A stretch of 64,000 nucleotides of DNA from Steroidobacteraceae bacterium. Its GTDB lineage: Bacteria > Pseudomonadota > Gammaproteobacteria > Steroidobacterales > Steroidobacteraceae. A program made the position numbers and the translations under genes. The notes beneath the pieces are model-generated. The model saw only the letters and a program-made list of their open reading frames with translations, was not told the DNA's origin and searched no databases. The stretch spans positions 3,552 to 67,551 of the forward strand of contig DATENH010000055.1 of the NCBI GenBank assembly GCA_035275145.1. The letters run 5' to 3'. This document shows, piece after piece, positions 18,653 to 28,215 of the stretch; the first letter of the stretch is position 1; every line of letters starts with the position of its first letter.

Positions 18653-20461
18653 ATGATCAGCTACAGAAGAAGGGGCTGGTACTGCGCGGCTGCGTATTTG
18701 TCGCTCGCAGCGTGGATGCCACCGGCCGTCGCGTCTCCGCCGCAGCCGCCGCCGAGTGCGGCACCGGCCGAAGACGGCAACTGGGTGATGCCCGGTAAGA
18801 ATTTCGCGTCGACGCGCTTCAGCGGTCTGGACGAGCTGAACGTACGGAACGTCGGCAATTTGCGGGTCGAGTTCACGTTCTCGACCGGCGTGCTCCGGGG
18901 CCATGAATCGGCGCCGATCGTGCGGGGCGACACGATGTTTCTCATCACGCCCTATCCGAATCACGTCTACGCGCTCGACCTGTCGCAGCCCGGCGCGCAT
19001 CTGAAGTGGCGCTACGATCCGAAGCCCGCCGCGGCGGCGCAAGGCATCGCCTGCTGCGACGTCGTGAATCGCGGTCTCACGGTCGCGGGCGACAGCGTGT
19101 ATCTGGCGACACTCGATGGACAGGCGATCGCACTCGACGCTGGGACAGGCAAGGAGCGCTGGCGCAAGCAGCTCGGCAACATGAACAAGGGCGAGACGGT
19201 CACGATGGCGCCGTTCGTCGCCGCCGGCAAAGTGCTGGTCGGCAATAGCGGCGGCGAATACGGCGTTCGCGGCTGGGTCATTGCGCTCGACGCGAAGACG
19301 GGTGAGGAGTCATGGCGCGCCTACAGCACCGGGCCGGACGCAGAGGTGCTGATCGGGCCGCGCTTCGCTCCTTTCTATGAAGGCGATCGCGGCAAGGATC
19401 TCGGCGTGCGCACCTGGCCGCCGGAAGCCTGGAAGATGGGCGGCGGCACGATGTGGGGCTGGGTTTCCTACGATCCGGACCTGCAGCTCATCTATCACGG
19501 CACCGCCAATCCGGGACCGTGGAATGCCGAGCAGCGGCCCGGCGACAACAAGTGGACCGGCGGCATCTTCGCGCGCGACGTCGCGACCGGCGAAGCGCGC
19601 TGGTTCCATCAGGCCGTGCCCCACGACCTGTACGACTACGACGCGATCAACGAGATCGTGCTGCTCGACATGCAGTTCAACGGCCAGCCGCGCAAAGTGC
19701 TCGTGCGGCCCGAGCGCAACGGCTACATGTACATCATCGATCGCACGACAGGTGAAGTGCTCGCTGCCGATGCGTATTCCAACGTCAATTCGATCAAGTC
19801 GATCGACCTGAAAACCGGCAGGCCGATCGACAATCCGGACAAGCACCCGCAGCTCGGCAAGGTCGTGCGCGACATCTGCCCCGCCGCGCCCGGCGCGAAA
19901 GACTGGAATCCATCGGCGTATTCGCCCGTCACCGGTCTGCTCTACGTACCGCACCTGAACCTGTGCATGAACTTCGAGAGTGTCGAGGCGAACTACATTG
20001 CCGGCACTCCGTACGTCGGTGCCAACGTCACGATGCATGCCGGACCGGGCGGCAATCGCGGCGAGATGCTCGCGTGGGACGTCGTGCAGCGCAAGCCGGC
20101 GTGGAAGATCGCGGAGGATCTCCCGCTGTGGAGCGGAGCGCTGGCGACCGCCGGCAACCTGGTCTTCTACGGCACGCTCGACGGGGTGTTCAAGGCTGTC
20201 GATGCCACGACGGGCGAAGTGAAGTGGCAGTTTCAGACGGGCTCGGGAATCGTGGGACAGCCGGTGACTTATCGCGGGCCGGATGGTCGTCAATATGTGG
20301 CGGTGCTCTCGGGGGTCGGTGGTTGGTCCGGAGCGATCGTCGCAGGCGATCTCGACGCGCGCGATCCCACCGCGGCGCTCGGGTTCGCCAATGCGATGAG
20401 CGATCTGCCGCAGAAGACGGCGAAAGGCGGAATGCTGTATGTGTTCGCGGTGCCCAGATAG
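18653..20461 (+). CDS. xoxF: PQQ-dependent methanol/ethanol dehydrogenase, lanthanide (XoxF) type
   Basis: Signal peptide, vicinal-Cys 'GIACCDVVNRG', and 'PHDLYDYDAINE' carrying the extra Asp two residues after the catalytic Asp (D-Y-D), as in Ln-dependent enzymes. Eight-blade propeller W-motifs. Confidence 0.9.
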   Translation: MISYRRRGWYCAAAYLSLAAWMPPAVASPPQPPPSAAPAEDGNWVMPGKNFASTRFSGLDELNVRNVGNLRVEFTFSTGVLRGHESAPIVRGDTMFLITPYPNHVYALDLSQPGAHLKWRYDPKPAAAAQGIACCDVVNRGLTVAGDSVYLATLDGQAIALDAGTGKERWRKQLGNMNKGETVTMAPFVAAGKVLVGNSGGEYGVRGWVIALDAKTGEESWRAYSTGPDAEVLIGPRFAPFYEGDRGKDLGVRTWPPEAWKMGGGTMWGWVSYDPDLQLIYHGTANPGPWNAEQRPGDNKWTGGIFARDVATGEARWFHQAVPHDLYDYDAINEIVLLDMQFNGQPRKVLVRPERNGYMYIIDRTTGEVLAADAYSNVNSIKSIDLKTGRPIDNPDKHPQLGKVVRDICPAAPGAKDWNPSAYSPVTGLLYVPHLNLCMNFESVEANYIAGTPYVGANVTMHAGPGGNRGEMLAWDVVQRKPAWKIAEDLPLWSGALATAGNLVFYGTLDGVFKAVDATTGEVKWQFQTGSGIVGQPVTYRGPDGRQYVAVLSGVGGWSGAIVAGDLDARDPTAALGFANAMSDLPQKTAKGGMLYVFAVPR

Positions 20462-21017
20462 GAGTCGGGCTGAAGCCCGACCTACAGCGATCACATTGAC
20501 GCTGCTGGTTGTCGTTGCGCTCAGCGCGTGTCATCGGGAGAACCGGTACTTCGAGGCGCCGCCGGGGACGGACGTGGCGCCGACGCAGGTTGCGATGAGC
20601 TCGCTCGTTGCCGGTCAATCCTCTGCTCAGTTCCGCGAGCAGCAGCGCAAAGAGTACGAGGAGAACGCTTACCACCTCTCCGAAGGCAAGCGGCTGTTCA
20701 CCTCTTTCAATTGCACCGGCTGCCATGCACACGGCGGCGGCGGCTCCGGGCCCGCGCTCATGGATGACCGCTGGATCTATGGCGGCGAGATCGATCAGAT
20801 CTATCTCACGATCGTGCAGGGCCGGCCGAATGGGATGCCGGCGTTCGGTGGCAAGATTCCGCCGCAACAGATCTGGCAGCTCGCAGCTTACGTGCGTTCG
20901 CTAGGCGGGCACGGGCCGAAGGCGGCGCGGCCGAGCCGCGACGATCACATCCAGATTCCGGCGGAGCAGGGCAGGCGCGACGAAGAGTTGAACACGGCGC
21001 CGGCGCAGACCGACTGA
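20439..21017 (+). CDS. lipoprotein-type class I cytochrome c
   Basis: Signal with lipobox 'VVVALSAC' and haem site 'CTGCH' with the distal 'NGMPAF'. The ATG at 20439 overlaps the xoxF 3' end by 23 nt. An alternative TTG lies at 20496. Confidence 0.75.
   Translation: MCSRCPDRSRAEARPTAITLTLLVVVALSACHRENRYFEAPPGTDVAPTQVAMSSLVAGQSSAQFREQQRKEYEENAYHLSEGKRLFTSFNCTGCHAHGGGGSGPALMDDRWIYGGEIDQIYLTIVQGRPNGMPAFGGKIPPQQIWQLAAYVRSLGGHGPKAARPSRDDHIQIPAEQGRRDEELNTAPAQTD
20464..20481 (+). promoter_or_regulatory. stem-loop immediately after the xoxF stop
   Basis: GTCGGGC-TGAA-GCCCGAC, a 7-bp perfect stem. It lies inside the 5' coding part of the cytochrome c gene and has no U-tract. Confidence 0.3.
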
Positions 21018-21024
21018 GTCGAGT

Positions 21025-21954
21025 ATGCACTCCGTGTTGCAAGCCCTCGGCGTCCACGCTCAGCACATCGAGCTCGTGTGGCACACGATGCTGTGGGTCT
21101 GCGGCTTCATGTACCTGCTCGTGATTGCCTTCCTGATTCACGCGATCTGGCGCCGTCGGGGCGATTCCGACGCTGAGGCTCCCCGCCGCATGTCCGTCGC
21201 TCTGGCCGGCTGGATCGGCCTGATGGTGCTTGGCCTGTTCGGCCTGACTCTCACCAGCTTCCTCACCGATCGCGCACTCGTGCACGCAGCCAGCGAGCCG
21301 CAGGTGACGTTGAAGATCACGGGTTACCAATGGTGGTGGGAGATCGAGTACACGAATCCGGATCCGAGCCGGCAGGTGCGCACGGCGAACGAGATCCACC
21401 TGCCGGTGGGGGCGCAGGTGCTCGCGGAGCTCGGATCGAATGACGTCATTCACAGTCTCTGGGTGCCGAGCCTGAACGGCAAGCGCGATCTGATTCCGGG
21501 TCGTCCAACCGAGATCAGTCTGCAGCCGCTGCGCATCGGGCGTTATCGCGGTCAATGCGCCGAGTTCTGTGGGCTGCAGCACGCGAAGATGGCACTGGAA
21601 GTGGTGGTCGAATCGCAGCAGGACTATGACGCCTGGTACGAGCGACAGCTTGCGGCTGCGCCACCGGCGTCCGAGGCGCGCGCCGCACGCGGCCAGCAAG
21701 TGTTCTTCAACACTGCATGCAATCTGTGTCACGCGATCGCGGGTACGGATGCAGCCGCCACGGTCGGACCCGATCTGTCGCACGTCGCGAGTCGCCGCAT
21801 GCTGGCGGCCGGAGCATTGCCGAACGATCCCGAGCACCTGCGGCGCTGGCTGCAGAATCCGCAGCGCGAGAAACCCGGCAATCACATGCCGATCGTGAGC
21901 CTTGGTCGCGACGATCTCGATGCGCTGATCGCTTACCTGGGGACGCTGCAGTGA
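21025..21954 (+). CDS. ctaC: cytochrome c oxidase subunit II with fused C-terminal cytochrome c domain (caa3-type)
   Basis: 'GYQWWWEIEY', the CuA ligands 'VIHSLWVP...CAEFCGLQHAKM', and a C-terminal 'CNLCH' haem-c site. Confidence 0.9.
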   Translation: MHSVLQALGVHAQHIELVWHTMLWVCGFMYLLVIAFLIHAIWRRRGDSDAEAPRRMSVALAGWIGLMVLGLFGLTLTSFLTDRALVHAASEPQVTLKITGYQWWWEIEYTNPDPSRQVRTANEIHLPVGAQVLAELGSNDVIHSLWVPSLNGKRDLIPGRPTEISLQPLRIGRYRGQCAEFCGLQHAKMALEVVVESQQDYDAWYERQLAAAPPASEARAARGQQVFFNTACNLCHAIAGTDAAATVGPDLSHVASRRMLAAGALPNDPEHLRRWLQNPQREKPGNHMPIVSLGRDDLDALIAYLGTLQ

Positions 21955-23861
21955 GCGCACAAAGTCCATCGCTCGATGGCGAATGGCTCGACGAGTCTGC
22001 GACCCGCCAGCGTCTGGAAAAGACGTGGGACGATGCGCCCGGCCTGTGGGGCGCCCTGACGACGCTCGATCACAAGCGCGTCGGCTTGCGCTACATCGTG
22101 ACTGCCTTTGGCTTCTTCGGACTGGCCGGAGTGGCGGCATTCGTGATGCGGCTGCAGCTCGCGCATGCCGAGAACGATCTGGTCGGGCCGGATCTGTACA
22201 ACCAGCTGTTCACGATGCACGGCTCGACGATGATGTTCCTGTTCGCCGTGCCGATCATGCAAGCCGTCGGGATCTATTTCGTACCGCTGATGGTCGGCAC
22301 GCGCGCGATTTCGTTCCCGCGGCTGCTCGCCTTCAGTTACTGGATCTACCTGTTCGGCGGCCTGCTGCTGTGGACCGCGTTCTTCCTGAACATCGGGCCG
22401 GATGCCGGCTGGTTCGCGTACGTGCCGCTGTCGGGGCCGCAATATTCGCCCGGCAAGCGCGTCGACATCTGGGCGCAGATGATCACGTACACCGAGCTGT
22501 CGAGCATCGCGGTCGCGGTCTCGACCATCGCCACGATCTTCAAGCAGCGCGCGCCCGGCATGGCGCTGAATCGCGTGCCGTTGTTCGTCTGGGCGATCCT
22601 GGTGATGAGCTTCATGGTGCTGTTCGCGATGCCGTCGGTGATGATCGGCAGCTCGTTCCTGATCATGGATCGGCTGGTCGGCACGCATTTCTTCAATCCG
22701 GCCGAAGGTGGCGACGCGCTGCTCTGGCAGCACCTGTTCTGGTTCTTCGGCCATCCCGAGGTGTACATCATCTTCATCCCGGCGCTCGGGATGGTGTCGT
22801 CGATCGTCCAGACTTTCTCGCGACGGCCGGTGTTCGGCTATCCGCTGATGGTGCTGTCGCTGATCGCGACCAGCCTGTTCGCGTTCGGCCTGTGGGTGCA
22901 CCACATGTTCGCGACCGGCTTGCCGCGCCTTGGCAACAGCTTCTACACGGCTGCGAGCATGGTGATCGCGATTCCGACCGGCATTCAGATCTTCGGCTGG
23001 ATTGCCACTGTGTGGCTCGGCAAGCCGCGCTTCACCACCCCGTTCCTGTTCATCATCGGTTTCATCGTCGTGTTCGTGATCGGCGGTCTCACGGGGGTGA
23101 TGCTGGCCTCGGTGCCGCTCGATCTGCAGGTCCACGACACGTACTTCGTCGTGGCGCATTTTCACTACGTGCTGATCGGCGGCGGCGTGTTCCCGCTGCT
23201 CGGCGCGGTCTACTACTGGTTTCCGAAGATCACCGGACGGCTGCTCGATGAGCGTCTCGGCAAGCTGAACTTCTGGCTGTTCTTCATCGGCTTCAACGTC
23301 ACGTTCTTCCCGATGCACTATCTCGGCCTCGCTGGCATGCCGCGCAGGGTGTACACATATTCCTCAGGGCTCGGCTGGGATGGATTGAATCTGCTCGCGA
23401 CCGGCGGTGCCGTGCTCATCGCCATCAGCTTGCTCCTGCTCGCATTCAACATCGTACGCAGCCTGCGCTCGGGTGCAGCAGCGGGCGCGAATCCGTGGGA
23501 TGCGGACACGCTGGAATGGGCGACGTCCTCACCACCGTTGAGCTTCAACTTCACTCACATTCCGCTCGTCACGGGCAGTCATCCGCTGTGGGACAGCGAA
23601 CGGTTGCACGTGATGCGCGGGCTGCGGCTGGATGAGCGGGAGCTCGTGCTGACAACTGTTCTGGATGCACAGCCGGACCTGCGCGAGCCCTCCGTGCCGC
23701 CGTCGATCTGGCCGTTCCTTGCGGCGATTGCAGTGGGGACGATGTTCGTCACATCCATCTTCTCCCCGTGGGCGGTGATCGTCGGTGCGATTCCGATTGC
23801 CATCACGCTGACCGCCTGGTTCTGGCCAAAGAGCGCGGCGGAAGAGGAGATCGAGCAGTGA
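21951..23861 (+). CDS. ctaD: cytochrome c oxidase subunit I (A-type)
   Basis: GTG at 21951 forms a GTGA overlap with the ctaC stop. Motifs 'WFFGHPEVYIIFIP', 'VWVHHMFATG' and 'HFHYVL'. Confidence 0.92.
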   Translation: MSAQSPSLDGEWLDESATRQRLEKTWDDAPGLWGALTTLDHKRVGLRYIVTAFGFFGLAGVAAFVMRLQLAHAENDLVGPDLYNQLFTMHGSTMMFLFAVPIMQAVGIYFVPLMVGTRAISFPRLLAFSYWIYLFGGLLLWTAFFLNIGPDAGWFAYVPLSGPQYSPGKRVDIWAQMITYTELSSIAVAVSTIATIFKQRAPGMALNRVPLFVWAILVMSFMVLFAMPSVMIGSSFLIMDRLVGTHFFNPAEGGDALLWQHLFWFFGHPEVYIIFIPALGMVSSIVQTFSRRPVFGYPLMVLSLIATSLFAFGLWVHHMFATGLPRLGNSFYTAASMVIAIPTGIQIFGWIATVWLGKPRFTTPFLFIIGFIVVFVIGGLTGVMLASVPLDLQVHDTYFVVAHFHYVLIGGGVFPLLGAVYYWFPKITGRLLDERLGKLNFWLFFIGFNVTFFPMHYLGLAGMPRRVYTYSSGLGWDGLNLLATGGAVLIAISLLLLAFNIVRSLRSGAAAGANPWDADTLEWATSSPPLSFNFTHIPLVTGSHPLWDSERLHVMRGLRLDERELVLTTVLDAQPDLREPSVPPSIWPFLAAIAVGTMFVTSIFSPWAVIVGAIPIAITLTAWFWPKSAAEEEIEQ

Positions 23862-24487
23862 GCGCGCGGGACCTCGACGAGCGGCCGCTGCAATTCATGG
23901 GCGATCTGTCGCACCTGGAGGATCATGGCCACAGCCATCGGAGCCTCACGTGGTGGGGCATGATGGGGCTGATCTGCGTCGAAGCCACCGCCCTCGGGCT
24001 GGCAGTAGTGGCCTATCTGTACCTGTCGACTCACGAGCAGCAATGGCCGCCTGCGTATCTGCTGCCCGACCCCGGCTGGGGCACGGCGTTCACCGTCATT
24101 GTCCTCTTGAGCTTCGTGCCGAACATGCTGCTCGACAAGCGCGCGCAACAGGAAAAACTCGGGCCGGTGCGCTTGTGGATAGTCGTCATGACTGTGATCG
24201 GCTTCATCCTGGTGGTCATCCGCTATTTCGAGTTCCGCTCCATGCACGTCGCGTGGAGCGATTCGGCCTATGGCTCGGCGGTGATCGTGTTGCTCGGCCT
24301 GCACACCGTCCACCTGGTGACGGATCTCTACGATTCGATCGTACTGGTGGTACTGATGTTTACGCGTCATGGCGACACCGGGCGCCGTTACGTGGACGTC
24401 GCAGAGAACGCGATCTACTGGAACTTCGTCATCTACGTGTGGGTGCCGATCTACGTGGTGTTGTACTTCGTGCCGAGGTGGTTGTGA
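23858..24487 (+). CDS. ctaE: cytochrome c oxidase subunit III-family protein (short form)
   Basis: GTG at 23858 forms a GTGA overlap with the ctaD stop. 5 TM. 'SAYGSAVIVLLGLHTVHLVTD' and 'YWNFV'. Confidence 0.8.
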   Translation: MSARDLDERPLQFMGDLSHLEDHGHSHRSLTWWGMMGLICVEATALGLAVVAYLYLSTHEQQWPPAYLLPDPGWGTAFTVIVLLSFVPNMLLDKRAQQEKLGPVRLWIVVMTVIGFILVVIRYFEFRSMHVAWSDSAYGSAVIVLLGLHTVHLVTDLYDSIVLVVLMFTRHGDTGRRYVDVAENAIYWNFVIYVWVPIYVVLYFVPRWL

Positions 24488-24846
24488 CCAGCGAGCGCGA
24501 GCTGCATTCGCCGCTGCAGCGCTTCGGCAAATGGTCGGGCACCTGGCTCGGCACGATCGCGTGGTTTGCGGATCAGCAGATCATGTCGATGACCGTGTAC
24601 GCCAACTGCCCGCCGCGCACGCACGCGCTCGCCGTCGGCGTTGGTGCGGCTTGCGCATTGCTCGCGCTGATTGGCGGGCTTCACTCGTGGAGTGTCTATC
24701 GTTCGCTTCCCGCCGGAGAGGTTGCGAGCGCCTCCCGTCGCACGGATCGATTCATCGCTGCGCTGTCGCTGCTGCTCGCGTGTATCTCCATCCTCGCAAT
24801 CATCTTCGGCACCACTGCAGGCGTGATCTTGCGATGCGAGCGCTGA
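24484..24846 (+). CDS. small membrane protein (possible oxidase subunit IV-like)
   Basis: GTG at 24484 forms a GTGA overlap with the previous stop. About 3 TM helices. Its position matches small subunits in similar oxidase operons. Confidence 0.5.
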   Translation: MTSERELHSPLQRFGKWSGTWLGTIAWFADQQIMSMTVYANCPPRTHALAVGVGAACALLALIGGLHSWSVYRSLPAGEVASASRRTDRFIAALSLLLACISILAIIFGTTAGVILRCER

Positions 24847-25718
24847 TCGTCCTGTTGCTGTTGCTGCCGAGCCTTACGCGGGCGCATACGCAGGAGACGT
24901 CGGGTCGAGAATCGGGCGAGTGGGTGCTCATTTCGTTACTGCTGGTCGCGGGTGCCTGGTATGCGGCAGGATACCTTCGGGTATGGGGCTCTTCGCGGAC
25001 GGGCCGCGCGGTGCTGGCGCGACAGGGTGCGCTGTTCGCTGGCGGCTGGCTGGTCATCGCCGCGTCGTTGCTCAGCCCACTTCATGAGCTGGGCGGGCGT
25101 TCCTTCACCGCACACATGATCGAGCACGAGCTGCTGATGCTCGTGGCGGCGCCGCTGATCGCATTTGCGCGGCCAATCGGTGTCTTCATCTGGGCGCTGC
25201 CGCGCTCGGCGCGACACGCGCTCGGCACTCTCGGTCATCGCCATTGGTTCGCGTCGCTGTGGCGAAGTATTTCGTCGCCGCTGAGCGCCAGCGTGATCCA
25301 GGCGGCAATGCTCTGGCTCTGGCACGCGCCACTGTTTTTCGACGCCGCGCTGCGCAGCGAGCTGTGGCACGCGGTTCAGCACCTGTCGCTCGTATCCTCG
25401 GCGCTGCTGTTCTGGTGGTCGATCAATACAGCATCCGCGCTCGGGCGCAGGCATGGCGTTGCGGGTTTCTATCTGTTCTTCACTTCGGTGCACAGCGCAT
25501 TGCTCGGAGCGCTGATGGCCTTCGCGCAGAGTCCCTGGTACTCCGAATATGCACGCATGGGGATGTCAGGCACGGCTGGCCTCTCGCCGCTGGAGGATCA
25601 GCAGATCGCGGGTTTGATCATGTGGGTACCGGGTGGTGCCGTGCATGCCCTGGCAGCGCTCATCTATCTGAGCCGTTGGTTCGGAGGCAAGCCGTGGGGC
25701 GTCGCCGTGACACGGTGA
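24834..25718 (+). CDS. ctaG: cytochrome c oxidase assembly factor CtaG (caa3 type) family
   Basis: ATG at 24834. 'FTAHMIEHELLMLVAAPL', 'WHAVQHLS' and 'LEDQQIAGLIMWVPGG'. Confidence 0.8.
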   Translation: MRALIVLLLLLPSLTRAHTQETSGRESGEWVLISLLLVAGAWYAAGYLRVWGSSRTGRAVLARQGALFAGGWLVIAASLLSPLHELGGRSFTAHMIEHELLMLVAAPLIAFARPIGVFIWALPRSARHALGTLGHRHWFASLWRSISSPLSASVIQAAMLWLWHAPLFFDAALRSELWHAVQHLSLVSSALLFWWSINTASALGRRHGVAGFYLFFTSVHSALLGALMAFAQSPWYSEYARMGMSGTAGLSPLEDQQIAGLIMWVPGGAVHALAALIYLSRWFGGKPWGVAVTR

Positions 25719-26497
25719 AATGTCTGCTGCTGCTGAGCGCGCTCGCGCTGTCGGCTGGTGCGCAGGCGCGCGAGCTGAAGGTCTGCGCGGACCCGAACAA
25801 TCTGCCGTTTTCGAATCAACGCGAGGAAGGCTTCGAGAACAAGCTCGTGCAGCTGGTGGCGCGTGAGTTGCACGCCGACGTCAGGTACGTTTGGTGGGCG
25901 CAACGGCGCGGCAACGTGCGCGAGACGCTCAAGGCAGGTCTTTGCGATCTCATCCCGGGAGTGGCAAGCAATCTGGAGATGCTCGCAACCACCCGACCGT
26001 ACTACCGCTCCGCCTACATGTTCGTGACGCGCGCTGCTGACGAGCTCGATCTCGAGGGATTCGACGACACGCGTCTGCGCACTCTGACCATCGGTGTGCA
26101 GATGATCGGCGACGACTCCGCCAATACTCCACCGGCGCATGCGCTCGCTCGACGTGGGGTCATCGACAACGTGCGCGGCTACATGCTGTACGGCGACTAC
26201 GCGCAGGAGAATCCGCCGCGCGCGATCATCGACGACGTGGCGCGCCACCGTCTCGATGTGGCCGTCGTCTGGGGTCCGCTGGCCGGCTACTTCGCGCGAC
26301 AGAGTAAGCCTGCACTGCATCTCCAGCCGGTCAGTCCGCTCATCGACGGGCCCATGCTGCCGATGGCGTTCGACATATCGATGGGCGTGCGCAAAGACGA
26401 TCGCGCACTGCGTAGCGAGCTCGACGGCGTGCTCACGCAGCAGTCCGCGAAAGTTCAGGCGTTGCTCCACGAGTATGGGATTCCGCTCGTCAGATGA
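25715..26497 (+). CDS. xoxJ: quinoprotein-dehydrogenase-associated periplasmic binding protein (XoxJ/MoxJ-like)
   Basis: GTG at 25715 forms a GTGA overlap with the ctaG stop. Signal peptide then 'LKVCADPNNLPFSN', typical of MoxJ/XoxJ. Confidence 0.8.
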   Translation: MKCLLLLSALALSAGAQARELKVCADPNNLPFSNQREEGFENKLVQLVARELHADVRYVWWAQRRGNVRETLKAGLCDLIPGVASNLEMLATTRPYYRSAYMFVTRAADELDLEGFDDTRLRTLTIGVQMIGDDSANTPPAHALARRGVIDNVRGYMLYGDYAQENPPRAIIDDVARHRLDVAVVWGPLAGYFARQSKPALHLQPVSPLIDGPMLPMAFDISMGVRKDDRALRSELDGVLTQQSAKVQALLHEYGIPLVR

Positions 26498-27057
26498 GTA
26501 GACAGCCGCGCAAACAGGACACTGCTCTGCTGATCCTCGATATGGTTTCGGAGTTCCGCTTTCCGGACGCCGCGCCGGTGCTCCGCGGCGCGCGCCGTCC
26601 GGCAGGTGCGATCGCACGACTCAAGGCGCGAGCCAGGACGGCGGGAATTCCAGTCATCTACGTCAATGACACGGCCGGCAAGTGGGAGTCGGATCCGCGG
26701 GAGTTCGTGCAGCGCTGTCTGGCACCGGATGCTCCCGGCCACGATCTGGTCGAGCTGATCGAACCGGATCTGGACCGGGACTACTTCATGTTCAAGCCGC
26801 GACACTCCGCATTCTTCGGCACGCCGCTCGAATCGTTGCTGGGCCAACTAGCGCTGCGTCGGCTGGTTCTCACGGGAATCAGCAGCCATCAGTGTGTGCT
26901 GTTCACGGCGATGGATGCGCACGTGCGCGACTATGAGTTGATCGTGCCGACAGACTGTGTCGGCGCGGGATCGAGAGCGGAAACCGGTCATGCTCTCTTC
27001 ATCGCCGAGCACGCAATGGGTGCGCGCGTCCCAGCCTCCACTCGGCTGCGATTCTGA
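26494..27057 (+). CDS. isochorismatase-family cysteine hydrolase
   Basis: ATGA overlap with xoxJ. 'ALLILDM', 'KPRHSAFFGT' and 'LVLTGISSHQCV' form the D-K-C triad context. Confidence 0.85.
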   Translation: MSRQPRKQDTALLILDMVSEFRFPDAAPVLRGARRPAGAIARLKARARTAGIPVIYVNDTAGKWESDPREFVQRCLAPDAPGHDLVELIEPDLDRDYFMFKPRHSAFFGTPLESLLGQLALRRLVLTGISSHQCVLFTAMDAHVRDYELIVPTDCVGAGSRAETGHALFIAEHAMGARVPASTRLRF

Positions 27058-27861
27058 TCAGTTGTCGCGTGCCGTGCCGGGCTCCGCCATCTTGCGGTGC
27101 TGCTCTGCCAATGCTTCTTTAGGTGTGATGCCCGCCATCGCGACCTGGAGCTTGTTCTTGAGGCCGGCAACGACGTCGGCTTCCCCGCGCATCATGGCGT
27201 CGAAACCGATGCGAGCAACCTCTGCCGGATCGGCCTTGTTCTCCTGCGTTCCGACTTTGGTGTCCATCAATTCGGCCCGCTCGAAGAACTCCGTATCGGT
27301 CACGCCGGGCATCAGGCAGGTGACGGTTACGCCGGTGTCTTGCAGCTCGTTACGCAGCGCGAGCGCGAAGGAATCGACGAAGGCCTTGGTCGCGTTGTAG
27401 ACGGCCTGGTACGACCCCGGCATATAGCCTGCGATCGAGCCGGTGAAGAGGATGCGGCCATTACCGGCAGCGCGCATTCGCCGACCGATCTCGTGCACCA
27501 GGTAGAGCGTGCCGGTGACATTCGTCTCGATGACGTGCATTGCCGCTTCAAAGTCCTGATCGAGAAAGCCGTGGCCGAGACCGTGACCGGCGTTCGCCAG
27601 CAGCGCCGCGACCGGTCGCTCACCGACCGCACGCACGACTTTGTCGACTCCCTCCTGGGTCGCAAGGTCGCACTGGATGCCTTCGACGTTCGCGCCCAAG
27701 GCTTGAAACTGTTCAATCGCTTCATTGAGCGGCGTGTCGGCCGCCACGATCAGGTCGAAGCCTTCCTGCGCAGCAATCGCTGCCAGTTCACGCCCGATAC
27801 CGCTCGACGCACCGGTGACGATTGCGAGAAGCCTGCTCTGCGGGGGTTTTTGCGTGGCCAT
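27058..27861 (-). CDS. SDR-family oxidoreductase
   Basis: ATG at 27861. 'VTGASSGIG' and 'YNATK'. Its stop abuts the isochorismatase stop. Confidence 0.88.
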   Translation of the reverse strand: MATQKPPQSRLLAIVTGASSGIGRELAAIAAQEGFDLIVAADTPLNEAIEQFQALGANVEGIQCDLATQEGVDKVVRAVGERPVAALLANAGHGLGHGFLDQDFEAAMHVIETNVTGTLYLVHEIGRRMRAAGNGRILFTGSIAGYMPGSYQAVYNATKAFVDSFALALRNELQDTGVTVTCLMPGVTDTEFFERAELMDTKVGTQENKADPAEVARIGFDAMMRGEADVVAGLKNKLQVAMAGITPKEALAEQHRKMAEPGTARDN

Positions 27862-27901
27862 GGTCTGCTCCGGGTTTGAGAATGCAAGTGCGTCGGAGCG
27901 G

Positions 27902-28108
27902 TCAATGTTCCGCACGTTCTTCTCTGTAGGCGAAGCGCTCGCGAATATGCGCGTTGAAGAACACACCCTTCGCCAAGGCCGTCCGCATTGCTTCGAAGAT
28001 TTCAGGGGGCACGTCCAGATAGCGATAGCGCCGACCCGACTGAAAAGTGATCAGCAGTGTCCGCGACGTCTCGTCGTATTCGAAGGAGCGTATGACGGCA
28101 GAGGGCAT
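27902..28108 (-). CDS. KTSC-domain protein (68 aa)
   Basis: ATG at 28108. 'IRSFEYDETSRTLLITFQSGRRYRYLDVPPEIFEAM...KGVFFNAHIR'. Confidence 0.75.
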   Translation of the reverse strand: MPSAVIRSFEYDETSRTLLITFQSGRRYRYLDVPPEIFEAMRTALAKGVFFNAHIRERFAYREERAEH

Positions 28109-28215
28109 CGAAGTCTCTAGCGACGGAAGTTGCCGAAGACTCGACGGGTTCCACCGGCTCGCCCGTATGGTTTTCCTGACCTCGACATTGCGCTTCGCCC
28201 GAGGAAAATAGCGGA

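Noticed and set aside
20496-21017. TTG at 20496 as the cytochrome c start, avoiding overlap with xoxF.
   Set aside because: This would leave a signal peptide with no positively charged n-region (MTLLVVVALSAC). The ATG at 20439 gives a normal lipoprotein signal with Arg residues. I kept it only as an alternative.
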